Shown here in pieces: positions 1-11,551 of a stretch of 64,000 nt of DNA (position 1 is its first letter; each line of letters begins with the position of its first letter). The stretch is taken from assembly GCF_006345805.1 (NCBI RefSeq), contig NC_042998.1:131130001-131194000 (forward strand), given 5' to 3'. The DNA is from Octopus sinensis. Taxonomy: Eukaryota. The notes under the pieces are model-generated. The model worked only from the letters and a program-made list of their open reading frames with translations, searched no databases and was not told the DNA's origin. The translations under genes and the position numbers were made by a program.

Positions 1-130
1 GGCGTGGAGAGGGGAGGCCGGTATGCATTGATGACTGCTGGTCTTCCATATACAACCTTGCCCCGACTTTGCCTTGGAGGGTAACTTCCTAGGCGCAATC
101 CCATGGTCAGGCATGACCGAAGGATATCTC
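1..130 (+). mobile_element. Fragment of an interspersed repeat (probable SINE/LINE tail)
   Basis: GC-richer segment (gactgctggtcttccatatacaaccttgccccgac...ggtaacttcctaggcgcaatcccatgg) resembling a common octopus repeat from memory; no second copy in the window. Confidence 0.3.
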
Positions 131-199
131 AGATATGCTGATTCTTAATGATCAAGACGGATCACAGGTTTAGTATGCTCGAGGTTATAAAGGAAGATG

Positions 200-1433
200 A
201 CTTCTGTAACGTAAAGAAGACTGTCCAATCCAACATTTGACAACCATGTTTTCAAGAAAAGTTACTTATCGTAGTTCATCGGATCCTAAATCTATTAAAT
301 TGGGTCATTTAGCTCACGGTTATCGGATATTTGTAAATTGTTTAGAAGAAATATCCTTTGTTGACAGTTATATATTATCTAGGGTTGACCATGTAAGAAG
401 GACTAACGAGATGTCGAGGCTATGTTTATTGTATGTATCTCGTGGTGGAAAAAACTATATTACTTTCTTTTATCTGGTTCTCATCTCGTAAGAATTGAAT
501 GGGATTAAGCTTCACCAGAGAAATTCCTACGTAAGTCACTCCTAGTTAGTAGATCATTAACATGGAAAGCAGCTCTGTTTACATTTCTCGGTCCGAGGAT
601 ATATTGAAGTGTTTCCCTCTGATCCCAGCCAGGATATAAGTATTTACAGTGGGTTATTATTGGAACTTTTCTTCATGTATATAGTTGGCTCACCACATGA
701 ATAATGCTTCCCTAAATTAAAATTTAGCGCTATATCTAAGATGTTAGTCATAATTCAATTACTACTTATAGTTACATCATTGCTACCAGCCTTCTTAAAT
801 AATCTTTTCTAAATTAAATCATGGTGAGGCACTTCATATTCCATATGATTTTTAAACCGACATCCCTTACAGCTTTCAGCTATGGGTGTCAACGGAATTC
901 AATATTCCACGATGGTACCATCCAGATCACCAAAGACGTACCTTTCTGATATAAGATTTATAGCATGATAGGGTTTTTTTCTTAGCGTTCATTACTATCC
1001 TACAGTCAAATGTCAAGGTCTTATTCATTTTGAATTATGTTTTGTTGTTCAGGTATTCAAAAAGAGGTATAACGATCCATGAATTTGGATTCTATGAATT
1101 CCCAGGTTATTTTATGTACAATACCATAGAATCACTTGATAACAGCGATGCGAAAAAATATAATTTCGCAAAATTTGGATGCGTTAGTCATGATAGCTTT
1201 TCATAATCGAAAGTTCAGTATCTTTTCATAGAATACAGGAAACTGGCTGTTTTTAATCCGCAACAGTTTAAGCAAATAACATCCTGGCCAATAAGAATTT
1301 GCCCACGAAAAGTAATGCTGGCATACTATTCCCCATTGTTATTCGGAAGGTATGTTGTGAACAATCCTATTTGTAGCTTACAGCTGAACTTTTCGAGGAA
1401 CAATGAAAGGAATCATCGGTATTAAGCTTTATA
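200..1433 (-). mobile_element. Heavily decayed Penelope-like RT/linker remnant
   Basis: Minus-strand peptides broken by stops and frameshifts: NILDIALNFNLGS (cf. NFLDVTLNL), CGEPTIYMKKSSNNNP (cf. EPxYIHxxSNHP) and RKVI*FFPP (cf. RxIIWFNPP), in the order expected for a PLE. Confidence 0.5.
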
Positions 1434-1435
1434 TA

Positions 1436-2094
1436 AGAGGGGGAGTCAAAAATTATCCGCACTTTCGCCATAACATTTTTATTATTGTCACACGGCCGTC
1501 TGCGCATGCATGCATGCAGTTGATATTATTGCGGTCACGTGATCGAAGTTTGAGCCTAATCACGCCATTTTTTTCTAGCTTTACAGTATAAGCATGTAAG
1601 CTCCACTAGCAATATGCACCAAAGAAGAACAAAGAGCAGTGATCGGTAAGATGGTAATGGTGAACCGGTTCACCATTACCATCTCTCGAGCTTGCTCAAT
1701 CTTCTCGTCAGTGGTGTGGTTGACGGGCACCCTGCTCCCTCTTCGTGCGTCACGCTTGTCCGGCCACTTTTAAACTTCTCGATCTACTCATACACACGTC
1801 TATGCGTTAGTGCACTATCCCCGTATTATGCTAAAAGCCTCCAATGAATTTCAGCACGTGACACACCTTTCGACCAGAAAAATCGGATCATTACTCCCTA
1901 TCTTCTTTGGTGCACATTGCTAGTCGAGCGGCCATGCTTACACTGTAAAGCCAGAAAGAAAAATGGCTCGATCAGGCTCAAACATCGATCACGTGACCAC
2001 AATAGGATCAACTATAAGCACGCATACGCAGAAGGTAGTGTGACAATAATAATGATATGTTATGGTGAAAGTGCAGATAATTTTTGACTTCTCG
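1436..2094. mobile_element. Mariner-derived palindromic MITE made of two 5' ends
   Basis: TA at 1434-35 and 2095-96. Imperfect inverted arms of about 210 bp starting (c/a)gaggggg/gagaagtcaaaaattatc(c/t)gcact. The minus strand encodes a mariner N-terminus (MAARLAMCTKE..FWSKGVSRAEIHWRLLA*YGDSAL..VYE*IEKFKSGRTSVTHEEGAGCPST); the left arm repeats the same start (ICTKEEQRAVI). Confidence 0.85.
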
Positions 2095-2489
2095 TATGAA
2101 AAAGGGATTTGTAGAATCCCTCCCAACACTCTTCGCTTCATCACAGTATTCGCACATCAGCCCATTACATTAAAGAATTATACGAACTCCAGTCCATTCT
2201 TTGACTGTCACTCCTCAAACCAATTGGCCGGAATCACAAATTCCAAGAAGACTGGTCTAGTGTCTTGTCTTACAAAGATCCATATACATGGTATATCACG
2301 GATATAGATTGACTAGGGATGTTCCAACGTGTGAACTGGTTTGAATTATATTATACTGTTTTTAGGATGATGAACGTTCCCTTGTTTTTTGATAATGAAA
2401 GCATATAAAGCGATATATGTTTAAGTATATGTTTGTGTATATTTTTGTATACCTATATATACTCTTACGTATGTATACGTATATACACA

Positions 2490-2520
2490 TCTGTTTATAT
2501 AAAACTGAGAATGTGCGTGC

Positions 2521-2562
<42 letters not shown>

Positions 2563-2850
2563 CTGTCTGTCTGTATGTCTGTGTGTCTGCCTGTCTGTAT
2601 GTCCGTCTATCTGTATGTGTGCATCACTAAAACTCGAGAACTACCCTACCGATATCCTTCAAATTTTACACGTGCCTTACTTAGGGTGCATGCAGTGCCA
2701 TGGGCTAAAAAAATGTTCAACTTTTTGATTAATGCGAGCCCGGGGCAATCTCATATCTCTTACACTATTTCAGTATTACGTGTCAAAAGTGAAACAATAA
2801 CACCTCTATTGAAATATGAGATAATACTTTCAGTTTTAATAGGTTTCACT
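2490..2850 (+). mobile_element. Non-autonomous Helitron-like 5' end
   Basis: A^TC start, then tgtttatataaaactgagaatgtg, a (TG/GTCT)n tract and aaaactcgagaactac...ccgat...caaatttt. A related copy lies at 42125-42367 on the minus strand. The 3' end is not identified. Confidence 0.6.
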
Positions 2851-3124
2851 ATTAATACTTCCACTTTGTATAAAGAAACTAATATATTAATTCCATTTTT
2901 AAATGGAGAAATATAGTCCAATAGGCGAATAGGAATAATGATTAAAGGCGTGGAAGTAGATATATTTAGTGGAAGTGAAATGTAAGAAGACAGCTAAAGC
3001 TCGAATTTTATAGACTGGTAGAAATACCTTAATTCTTATAAGTGATTTCTATCAGTCTATGAAATTCGACCTTTCCTTCTCTGAGTGCCTTATTAATACT
3101 TTCCATGTGCTCTTCTTTTTTTAT

Positions 3125-3186
<62 letters not shown>

Positions 3187-3257
3187 AATGTATGTATGTA
3201 TGAATGTATGAATGTATGTATGTATGTATGTATGTATGTATGTATTTGTGTACGTCA

Positions 3258-3436
3258 CTTGACAACTGACGTGGGTGTGTTTACGTCCTCGTCACTTAGC
3301 GATTCGGCAAAAGGAACCGATAGAATAGATAATAGGCTTACAACGAATAAGTTCCGGGGTCGATTTGTTCGATTAAAGGTGGTGCTCCGGCATGGCCACA
3401 CTCAAATGACTGAAACAAGTAAAAGAATAAAAGAAT
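3258..3436 (+). mobile_element. SINE family B, 3' part
   Basis: cttgacaac...gtgtttacgtcc...ggggtcgattt...catggcc..caaatgactgaaacaagtaaaaga matches the tail of the copies at 13262, 20728 and 26490. Confidence 0.75.
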
Positions 3437-3466
3437 ATATATATACATATATATATATACATATAT

Positions 3467-3740
3467 AATAAATATTAGGGAATGAATCCAAAATTACAGG
3501 GAAAAATCAGATTTAGGGTTAAATCCAATTTTATAGTAAAATATTATATAATATAATTCGAGACAAAACCACTATTTTAAAACCAAACAAGGAAAGACTT
3601 AATCAATACATAAAATTTTAATATAAATTAAATAAACCGCCACTACAAATGTTTCATGTCTGCTCCGACAATCTTCAGGTGGATTTTCGATCTTCTAATC
3701 AGTATCAAATCAGTGATTTTGTCTCGAATTATATTATATA
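3467..3740 (-). mobile_element. Short non-autonomous PLE pseudo-LTR-like element with partial inverted end
   Basis: Bounded by (TA)-rich tracts; 29-bp inverted repeat with 1 mismatch (3545-3573 vs 3712-3740) around a hammerhead-like motif. Confidence 0.55.
3640..3682 (-). ncRNA. Minimal type I hammerhead ribozyme candidate
   Basis: Minus strand: CCAC-CUGAAGA-U-UGUC-ggagca-GACA-U-GAAA-CAuuUG-UA-GUGG. Core CUGANGA and GAAA, stem I CCAC/GUGG, stem II UGUC/GACA, short helix III and a UA cleavage site. Confidence 0.6.
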
Positions 3741-4137
3741 TACATATATATCTATATATATGCATATATATATATACATATATACATATCTCTCAACTAC
3801 ACGACTTCATGTTCCTATGATTCATATCTACATCTTTATCTGTATATTTACCTTCCCTAAGATGTTATCACTTGATTTGAAAACTTTATATTATTGGAAA
3901 ACGTATATAAAATTTAGCTGAAGATTACTCAGCATCTTAAATCTGCTGTAATATTTACAGCTTTTAATAAAATGTTGTAGTATGAAACAATTGTACTAAA
4001 TTACGGGATTCATTCTTGTTGCTTATTATTTTTTGATTATAATCACCCCGCATATTTTTATGGGTAACACCATACAAAATTCTGGTGCATCTAAATTCAG
4101 TACCATACACATTTGAATCTAAATTGTTGCTGAACAT

Positions 4138-4742
4138 ATATATATATATATATATATAGTATATATATATATATGTGTGTGTGTGGGTGTGTGTGTGTGT
4201 GGTGTGTGTTTAAAATATATATATATATATATATATATAGATATATATATATATATATATGTGTGTGTATGTGTGCAGTGTATATATGTATATGCATTGT
4301 CTATATATATATATTATATGTATGTACTGCGTATGTATATTGCATGCATATATTGTGTATGTATATTGCTTACATGCTGTATGTGTATATTGTATGTGTG
4401 TATATATATGCTAGGTGTATTTGTGTGATATTTATATTATGTATGTATGTGTGCGTGTGTTGTGTGTGTGTGTGTATATATGTGTGTGTGTGTGTATATA
4501 TACATTATATGTATGCGTACGTGTATGTGTATGCGTTGTATGTATGTGTATTGTGGGTATATGTGGTACATCTATGTATGTGTATGTAAACACTATTTAT
4601 ATGTATATGTGTATATATGTATATTGTAGGTGTGCTATATGTGCGTGAATACAGGTATGTGCATTGCGTGTATATATATGTATACATTGTGTATGTATGT
4701 TATGTGTGTGTGTGTGTATATATGTGTGTGTGTGTGTGTGTG

Positions 4743-4780
<38 letters not shown>

Positions 4781-5035
4781 GTGTGTGTGTGTGTATGTGT
4801 GCAGTGTATATATGTATATGCATTGTCTATATATATATATTATATATATATATATAGATATATATATATATATGTGTGTGTGTGTATATATGTGTGTGTG
4901 TGGGTGTGTGTGTGTGTGTGTGGGTGTGTGTGTTCTGTGTGTGTGTGTTGTTTGTATGTGGTGTGTGTTTGTTTACTATGTGTGTGTGTGTGTGTGTTGT
5001 TGTGTGTGTGGTGTGTGTGTGTGTGTATATATGTG
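4138..5035. repeat. Compound (TA)/(TG) microsatellite block with internal re-duplication
   Basis: About 900 bp of TA/TG tracts; the block gtgcagtgtatatatgtatatgcattgtctatata occurs near 4272 and again near 4799. Confidence 0.95.
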
Positions 5036-5461
5036 TTGACAAACAGACGCTATCTGACCAGCGGGCACGAACACATCTACTCACACCCGCATACTAACCT
5101 CCTGATAACCCCAAAATCATTCATGCATAAAGGGGAAGTATACACCACATTGGCTACTTCCTTGTTCTCTCAGTTCAGCCTTTCTGCTAATCCCAACAGG
5201 TCAGTAAAACATATTCTCGCCTTATACTTAAAATATTCTGAGATGTATAAAAAAGCCATTCTAATTTTTGCTGTCAAAAGGCTGTATATATATACCGAAG
5301 ATTGTATATATATACATGTAATGTGACAATTTGCGACAACCAATAATTAACGCAACCAATTCCCAATAATATATTTGTTTTATCCTTTTCTACCAAATTT
5401 CCCAAACATTCTCATCACACTATTGAACTTCTCTGTTACCAAACACTATATCTATACATGT

Positions 5462-5681
5462 AATGTGACAATTATGTATAAAAAAACATTTTTGAATCAT
5501 AATATCCAATGTGACAATTATGTAAAAACCTTTTTGAATGCATAATACTCAATGTGACAATTATGTAAAAACCTTTTTGAATGCATAATACTCAATGTGA
5601 CAATTATGTAAAAAACTTTTTGAATGCATAATACTCAATGTGACAATTATGTAAAAAACTTTTTTTGAACCCATATTATTC
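5462..5681 (+). repeat. 43-bp minisatellite, 5 units
   Basis: Unit aatgtgacaattatgtaaaaacctttttgaatgcataatactc begins at 5462, 5508, 5551, 5594 and 5637. Confidence 0.9.
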
Positions 5682-5800
5682 AATGTTTCCTTAAATGTAA
5701 CTTTGACAATCTTTTACCAAAGAGTGAAACCGGTTAAGTAAATAAACATCGTTTAATTGCATTTTCAAACCTTTTTTCTTATATATATATATATATATAT

Positions 5801-5831
<31 letters not shown>

Positions 5832-6560
5832 TAGATAGATAGATAGATAGATATAGATAGATAGATAGATAGATAGATTATACGGAGCGGTTAACTCGCT
5901 AATTTTTGTGTTTAAACTAAATTGATTCATTCTTGATGTGCTTCAACACAACCAGCAAATGTATTGTTTGCAAAATTTAGGCGGAGAGCTTCTCACAAGG
6001 CGAAAAAAATATTAATAATTTATTCATACATGATACTGCGGGTGACACACTTCGAAAGAGAGGTCGGTCAATGAGATATCAAAAAGAGAGGCTGAACTTG
6101 TGAAACTTCGTAAATACAGGTGGTCAGCCAGTGATCACCAATATTTCTGAAGTTCTATTTTGTAGACGAGTGACTTCCTTGGGATATAGCGAAGCGTTAA
6201 ATTATTCATTATATCTTGCGTATTATACGAAATTCTCTGTCTTTATTTTCTTATTATCACAACACTACGAGCAAACTTCAAAGCTCTTGTGCAGTTCGCT
6301 GATTTCTATATTGAGGAAAAGAGTTTTGGTCTAGATGAAAATGGCCGGGGCACTATCTGTTATTGAAGAGACGAAACCACGCAGGAAAACTGTGTATATT
6401 TACACACGAACTCAATTTATTGTATTCTTATAAAGAAATTCTAAGATGGGTAATTTACTTTCCCTCACAAAATACTGTATCGAACGCTTATGCCTTTCAC
6501 AGTTGTGAAAAGAAATGTATAAAAGTAAGTGTACATATCTTATATATGTGTGTGATTGTA

Positions 6561-6603
<43 letters not shown>

Positions 6604-6646
6604 GTATGGTATTTATCTATATATCTATCTATATGTCTGTTACATC

Positions 6647-6746
<100 letters not shown>

Positions 6747-7230
6747 GAGTGAGAGAGCAGTTCATGCCATCAAAGTGACACTGGGGTAAAATATACGAAG
6801 CCCAATATACCCATCATGACTACCCGTCTGATAAAGGTACACCAGGCACATGCATCACAACCATATGTGCACGACATGGTGACCTCATATCAAGATAAAC
6901 AGCACATGACCTTGCAGGTGGGGCCCAGTTAGAATTTTCTTCAGGTTGAGTAGCCTATCCCGCCCAAACGGTCCCTGAATAAGGGTTGTTTAAGGATGTT
7001 GAAAGAACCACCCATGTTTCCAGAGGTGAACTATTCAAACCCCAAAGAATCCCTTTCAACACATGGCTATGATGCTCCCCCACTACTTCTGCTCGTGATC
7101 AGAGATGCACATATCGTCAGCCACTAAGGGACATGCTCAACTGGTTATGGTCAAACAACTGACAAGCAAATCTGTGGTATTGAGCAGAATATTTGCTGTA
7201 GCCCATCTTTTATACCAAGACAAAACAATA
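6747..7230 (-). mobile_element. About 480-bp interspersed repeat embedded in (AAT)n
   Basis: (TTA)n on both sides; a second, shorter copy in the opposite orientation at 30765-31035 also ends cactc(aat)n. Strand is inferred from the shared tail. Confidence 0.75.
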
Positions 7231-7287
<57 letters not shown>

Positions 7288-7309
7288 CATTATTATTATT
7301 ATATTATTA

Positions 7310-7379
<70 letters not shown>

Positions 7380-7486
7380 TAGCACGCCGGGCGAAATGTC
7401 TAACGGTATTTCGTCTGTGTTCACGCCTATTCCCCATCACCCAAATTTCAAACCTTGTGCCCATCATCATCATTATCATCATCATT

Positions 7487-7578
<92 letters not shown>

Positions 7579-7600
7579 TATTGTTGTTGTTGTTGTCATC
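7231..7600. repeat. (TTA)n and (CAT)n microsatellites enclosing a short SINE family A fragment (7381-7443)
   Basis: Direct reading; agcacgccgggcgaaatg...cggtatttcgtctg matches the SINE A head at 49152. Confidence 0.85.
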
Positions 7601-7629
7601 ATTATTTCTCTTCATCACCAGGCTTGCTA

Positions 7630-9086
7630 CCTGCATCCTACATTGATAAAACCGTCAAAAAGCTTCTTTATTTTTGTTTCTTTTAGTTATTATTTGCGTT
7701 GCTTAATATGTTTTGCTAAAATTGTTGTTTCTTTTCAGATATCATTAGAAGGTAACTGAAATTCATTAAAATGATAGATCTATCGGACTTTCAAAGAGGT
7801 CAAATTGTGCTCTTATGGCAGGCACTAGCGTAATGGAAACAGCCGAAATGTTTGGTGTAGCTAGACGTACTGTCTCAAAAGTAATGACAGCCTTTGAGAA
7901 AGAGGGAAAAACCTCCTCGTCGAAGCAAAAATCCGGAAGAAAACCAAAATTTTCAGATAGGGACCGTCGGATTCTTACACGAATTGCTAGAAAGGATCAC
8001 AAAAGTACAGCTCCCAAAATTGCTGCAGAGCTTAATAACCTCCTCGAGAGCAGAGTTTCCACAAAAATTGTTCGCTGGGAGCTGCACAAAGCCGGGTTTC
8101 AGGGGAAGATTGCAATCAGAAAACAACTACTTTCAAAAACAAACGTTGCAAAGCATTTAGAGTGGAGTAAAAACCTACAGAATTGGTCTCTAGAGCAGTG
8201 GAAGAATGTCATTTTCTCGGACGGGTCATTCTTAACCTTATGTCCGACCCCCGACCGAGTATACGTGTGTCGACAGCCAAAATAAATATGACCCAGACTG
8301 CCTTCTTCCAACTGTTAAACATAGAAGAGTATCTGTGATGATCTGGGGTGGGGACTATATCTTGGAAATCCATCGGCCCAATCATGGCAGAATGATTCAA
8401 GACAATTTAAGCATTATATCTGATCAAATTCATCCTGCATTTTCTCATTTTCTCGGGCGAGTCATTCTTTATCTCATTTTCGATTACCAGCCGAGTATAC
8501 ATGTGGAGACAGCCAAATGAAGCATTTGATCCAGGCTGCTCTCTTCCAACTGTTAAACATGGAGGAGGATCTGTGATGATATGTGGGGCTATATCTTGGA
8601 AATCTGCTGGCCCAATGGTTTCCCTTCACGACAGAATTAATATTCGAAACTATTTAAGCATTTTATCGTATCAAATTCATCCTATGGTTGCGGAACAGTT
8701 TCCGGAGGGAAACGCAATCTTTCAGGATGATAATGCACTAATTCACACAGCTAAAATTCTTACTGAATGGCACGACGAACATTCTAGTGAAGTTGAACAT
8801 CTTATCCGGCCACCACAGTCCCCAGATCTCAATATTATTGAACATTTATGACGCATTTTATAAAAACAAGTAAGGAGTCGATATCCTCCACCATCATCAC
8901 TACAAGAACTGGAGACTGTTTTAGCTGAAGAATGGACAAAAATTTCTTTGGAAACAATTCAAACTTTGTAAGAGTTCATAATTCGTAGAATTCAAGCTGT
9001 AATTACTGCCAAAGTTGGTCCTACCCCACATTAACATAAATTTGTTTGAAATTTGAAGGTGTTTCAATTATTTTGTCCAACCCCTA
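7630..9086 (+). mobile_element. Tc1-family transposon (DD36E type), 5' TIR missing, decayed transposase
   Basis: ATG at 7771 (MIDLSDFQRGQIV); ORFs 7815-8285 (HTH, SGRKPK, WKNVIFSD) and 8501-8851 (VKHGGGSVM, FQDDNA, QSPDLNIIEHL); 3' TIR ggtgtttcaattattttgtccaaccccta followed by TA. Confidence 0.92.
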
Positions 9087-10619
9087 TATATATATATATA
9101 CAAAGAGAAAAAGAGAGAGAGAAATAGAGTAAGATGGGTGGTGAGAGAGAGGGACGAAGAGAGAGAGAGAGAGAGAAGGAGAGATAAGGGAGAGAGGGAG
9201 AGATAGGGGAGAGAGAGAAGGCGGGAGATGCTTTCTAACAATGAAACAAAATTTACATAAGGTGGATTTAAATAAAAACAGCAATAATTTTCACAAATTG
9301 ATATTTAAGAATGTAGTGCGTGGTTTTACTCTGTTTCACTTATCTTTATCTGCAAAGCGCTTGTTAGCCAGTGTCTTTCTTTACTTGAATATTCTAGCTT
9401 TCCCAAAGGGATTTACTAACATTACCTTGTGTCCCTATGATCATCGATAACACGTTAACACGTGTAACACGTTACGTTTTCCACTGAAGATTGACGTCAT
9501 CGACATCTGTGATTAGGTTTTAGGAGATAAAGTACTTCGATGTTCCGATTGTTCATGAGGTATTTGGTAGCTGTCTCCTTCTTTGGGATTTCAAGAGCGT
9601 TGCTTTCGATGCATGATGGGATGTAGCAGGCACAATTCCTAAAGAGTGCACACTTCATGTTAGTATTGTACTCCTCTTCACGCATGCATCTGTGCGTGTA
9701 AAAGTGTACAATGTCCACAATTGTCTTCTTGCTTCCAGAAAATCATGCTGTCTTTTTGCAAAAACATCAGTTTCCAAAAATTATAAATTCTTAAAGATCA
9801 TCTTTCACCCCGTTGTTGAAGTAGGTCAAAACTAGCACAGGACATTTGATTATTATTTTCCTTTTTGTTGAAGAGAATGTATTATCAGTAGATCAATTAT
9901 TTTTCTTGTATGGTATGTAATATATATTTATTCCTCCTAATATATACAAATACAGACAGACAGACAGGCAGGCAGACAGACTGACAGATAGATAGATAAA
10001 TAGATAGATAGATAGATAGATATAGATAGATAGATAGATAGATAGAAAGATAGATAGATAGATATACAGACATATGTACACACGTGTTTATATATTTAAA
10101 TATAGGAACATACAAATACACACCACACACACACACGTCTATAAGTGTACGTATATATATGTGTGTGTGTAAGTGTGTGTGTGTGTGTGTGTGTGTGTGT
10201 ATTTGTGTGTATGCATTTATTTCCAATATATTCTCTCTTGAGGCCCTTGGAATTAATCAACAATTCACATTCTGTAAAACTAATATACCGAAGTTTAAAC
10301 TTTGATGGCATAAAGAGACGCAAATAGGAGCGAGTTTATTGCTTTCTATCCACAAGTTACAAATATACTGCACGAAGAATTGTTCTCGTTACATCTCTGA
10401 AATATTTAATACTATCACTAATATTATTATATCTCCCTTCTGAATTTAATTATGAATATTTGATTTGCAATGCAGAGCACTTTCATGTGTATCGATTTTA
10501 CACATATATTGATGGTATCTTAGATTTCTCGAAATTTCGGATGGTGACGTAAGTTTCGAGACTTCAAGCATGTATAAGGAGCAGTAACATCTTTGACATG
10601 GATCCATGTCAGGGGATAT

Positions 10620-10658
10620 GTATGTATATATATATATATATATATGCATGCATGTATG

Positions 10659-10692
<34 letters not shown>

Positions 10693-10830
10693 CGTATGTA
10701 TGTATGTATGTATGCATGCATGTATGTGTGTATGTATGTATGTATGTATGCATGGATGTATGCATGTATGTATGTATGTATGTATGTATGTATGTATGTA
10801 TGTATGTATGTATGTATGTATGCATGTGCG
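10620..10830. repeat. (TATG)n microsatellite
   Basis: Direct reading. Confidence 0.95.
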
Positions 10831-10876
10831 TGTGTATGTATGTGCGCATATTTTTTTGTATGTATGTAGGTATGTA

Positions 10877-11545
10877 AACGGGGAGGTACCCAAAAGTAAC
10901 CGGAAACATTCTCCGTGGGACAAGCACGTTGTAGTTCTGGCTTCCGCCGCTAGAAGCCACTTGATGCATCCTTCAGGTATCAGTTGCCAGTTGGCATCGT
11001 CGGATGAAGTCGTTCTACCACGTGATGCGTCTTTATTTTGCAGTGCTTCTCCCCTGTTAGTCGATTTTTGCGATGGAATTAACAAGGAACAGCGTGCTTA
11101 CATGAAATTCTGTTTTCTGCTGGGGAACATGGTGGCCGAAACAATTGCCATGCCTTAGATACCTTGCATGGACGCTGTGCCACAAGTTTACGACGGCTTT
11201 CCATACTTTAGGAACAGTCACTTGTATCTCGAAGACCAACCACGAGCAGGGCATCTGTCGACCACTCGAACGAGTAAAAATATGAAAATTCAACGAATTG
11301 TTTGTTCTACGAGGACCATCAGCGAGCAGTTTACGAACATGTTAAGACTGGTGTGACTTGGAGCTCCTGCCAAAGAATTTTAAGCGAGGGATTGCGAATG
11401 AAAGGAGTTGCAGCAAAATCTGTATCTCACTTGCACACAGAAGATTAAAAGCAGTCAAGTGAGAATGCATGTTGTGAACTGAAAGAACAGTAGGAAATTA
11501 ATTCGAACCTGTTCCGAATGTCATCACTAGTGACGAAATCTGATG
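10877..11545 (+). mobile_element. Mariner 5' half, decayed
   Basis: TIR-like ggaggtacccaaaagtaaccggaa after TA; peptides KEQRAYMKFCFLLG, LEDQPRAG, SSCQRILSEGLRMKGVAAKSV and VITSDEI. Truncated where the PLE begins. Confidence 0.85.
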
Positions 11546-11551
11546 CTGCGG

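Noticed and set aside
5462-5681. Regularly spaced 43-bp repeats as a CRISPR array
   Set aside because: Units are contiguous with no unique spacers, the context is eukaryotic and no cas genes are present.
7105-7759. ORFs with poly-Tyr, Leu, His, Asp, Ser and Ile runs
   Set aside because: Read-through of (TTA)n and (CAT)n microsatellites from a repeat; open in several frames, so not evidence of coding.
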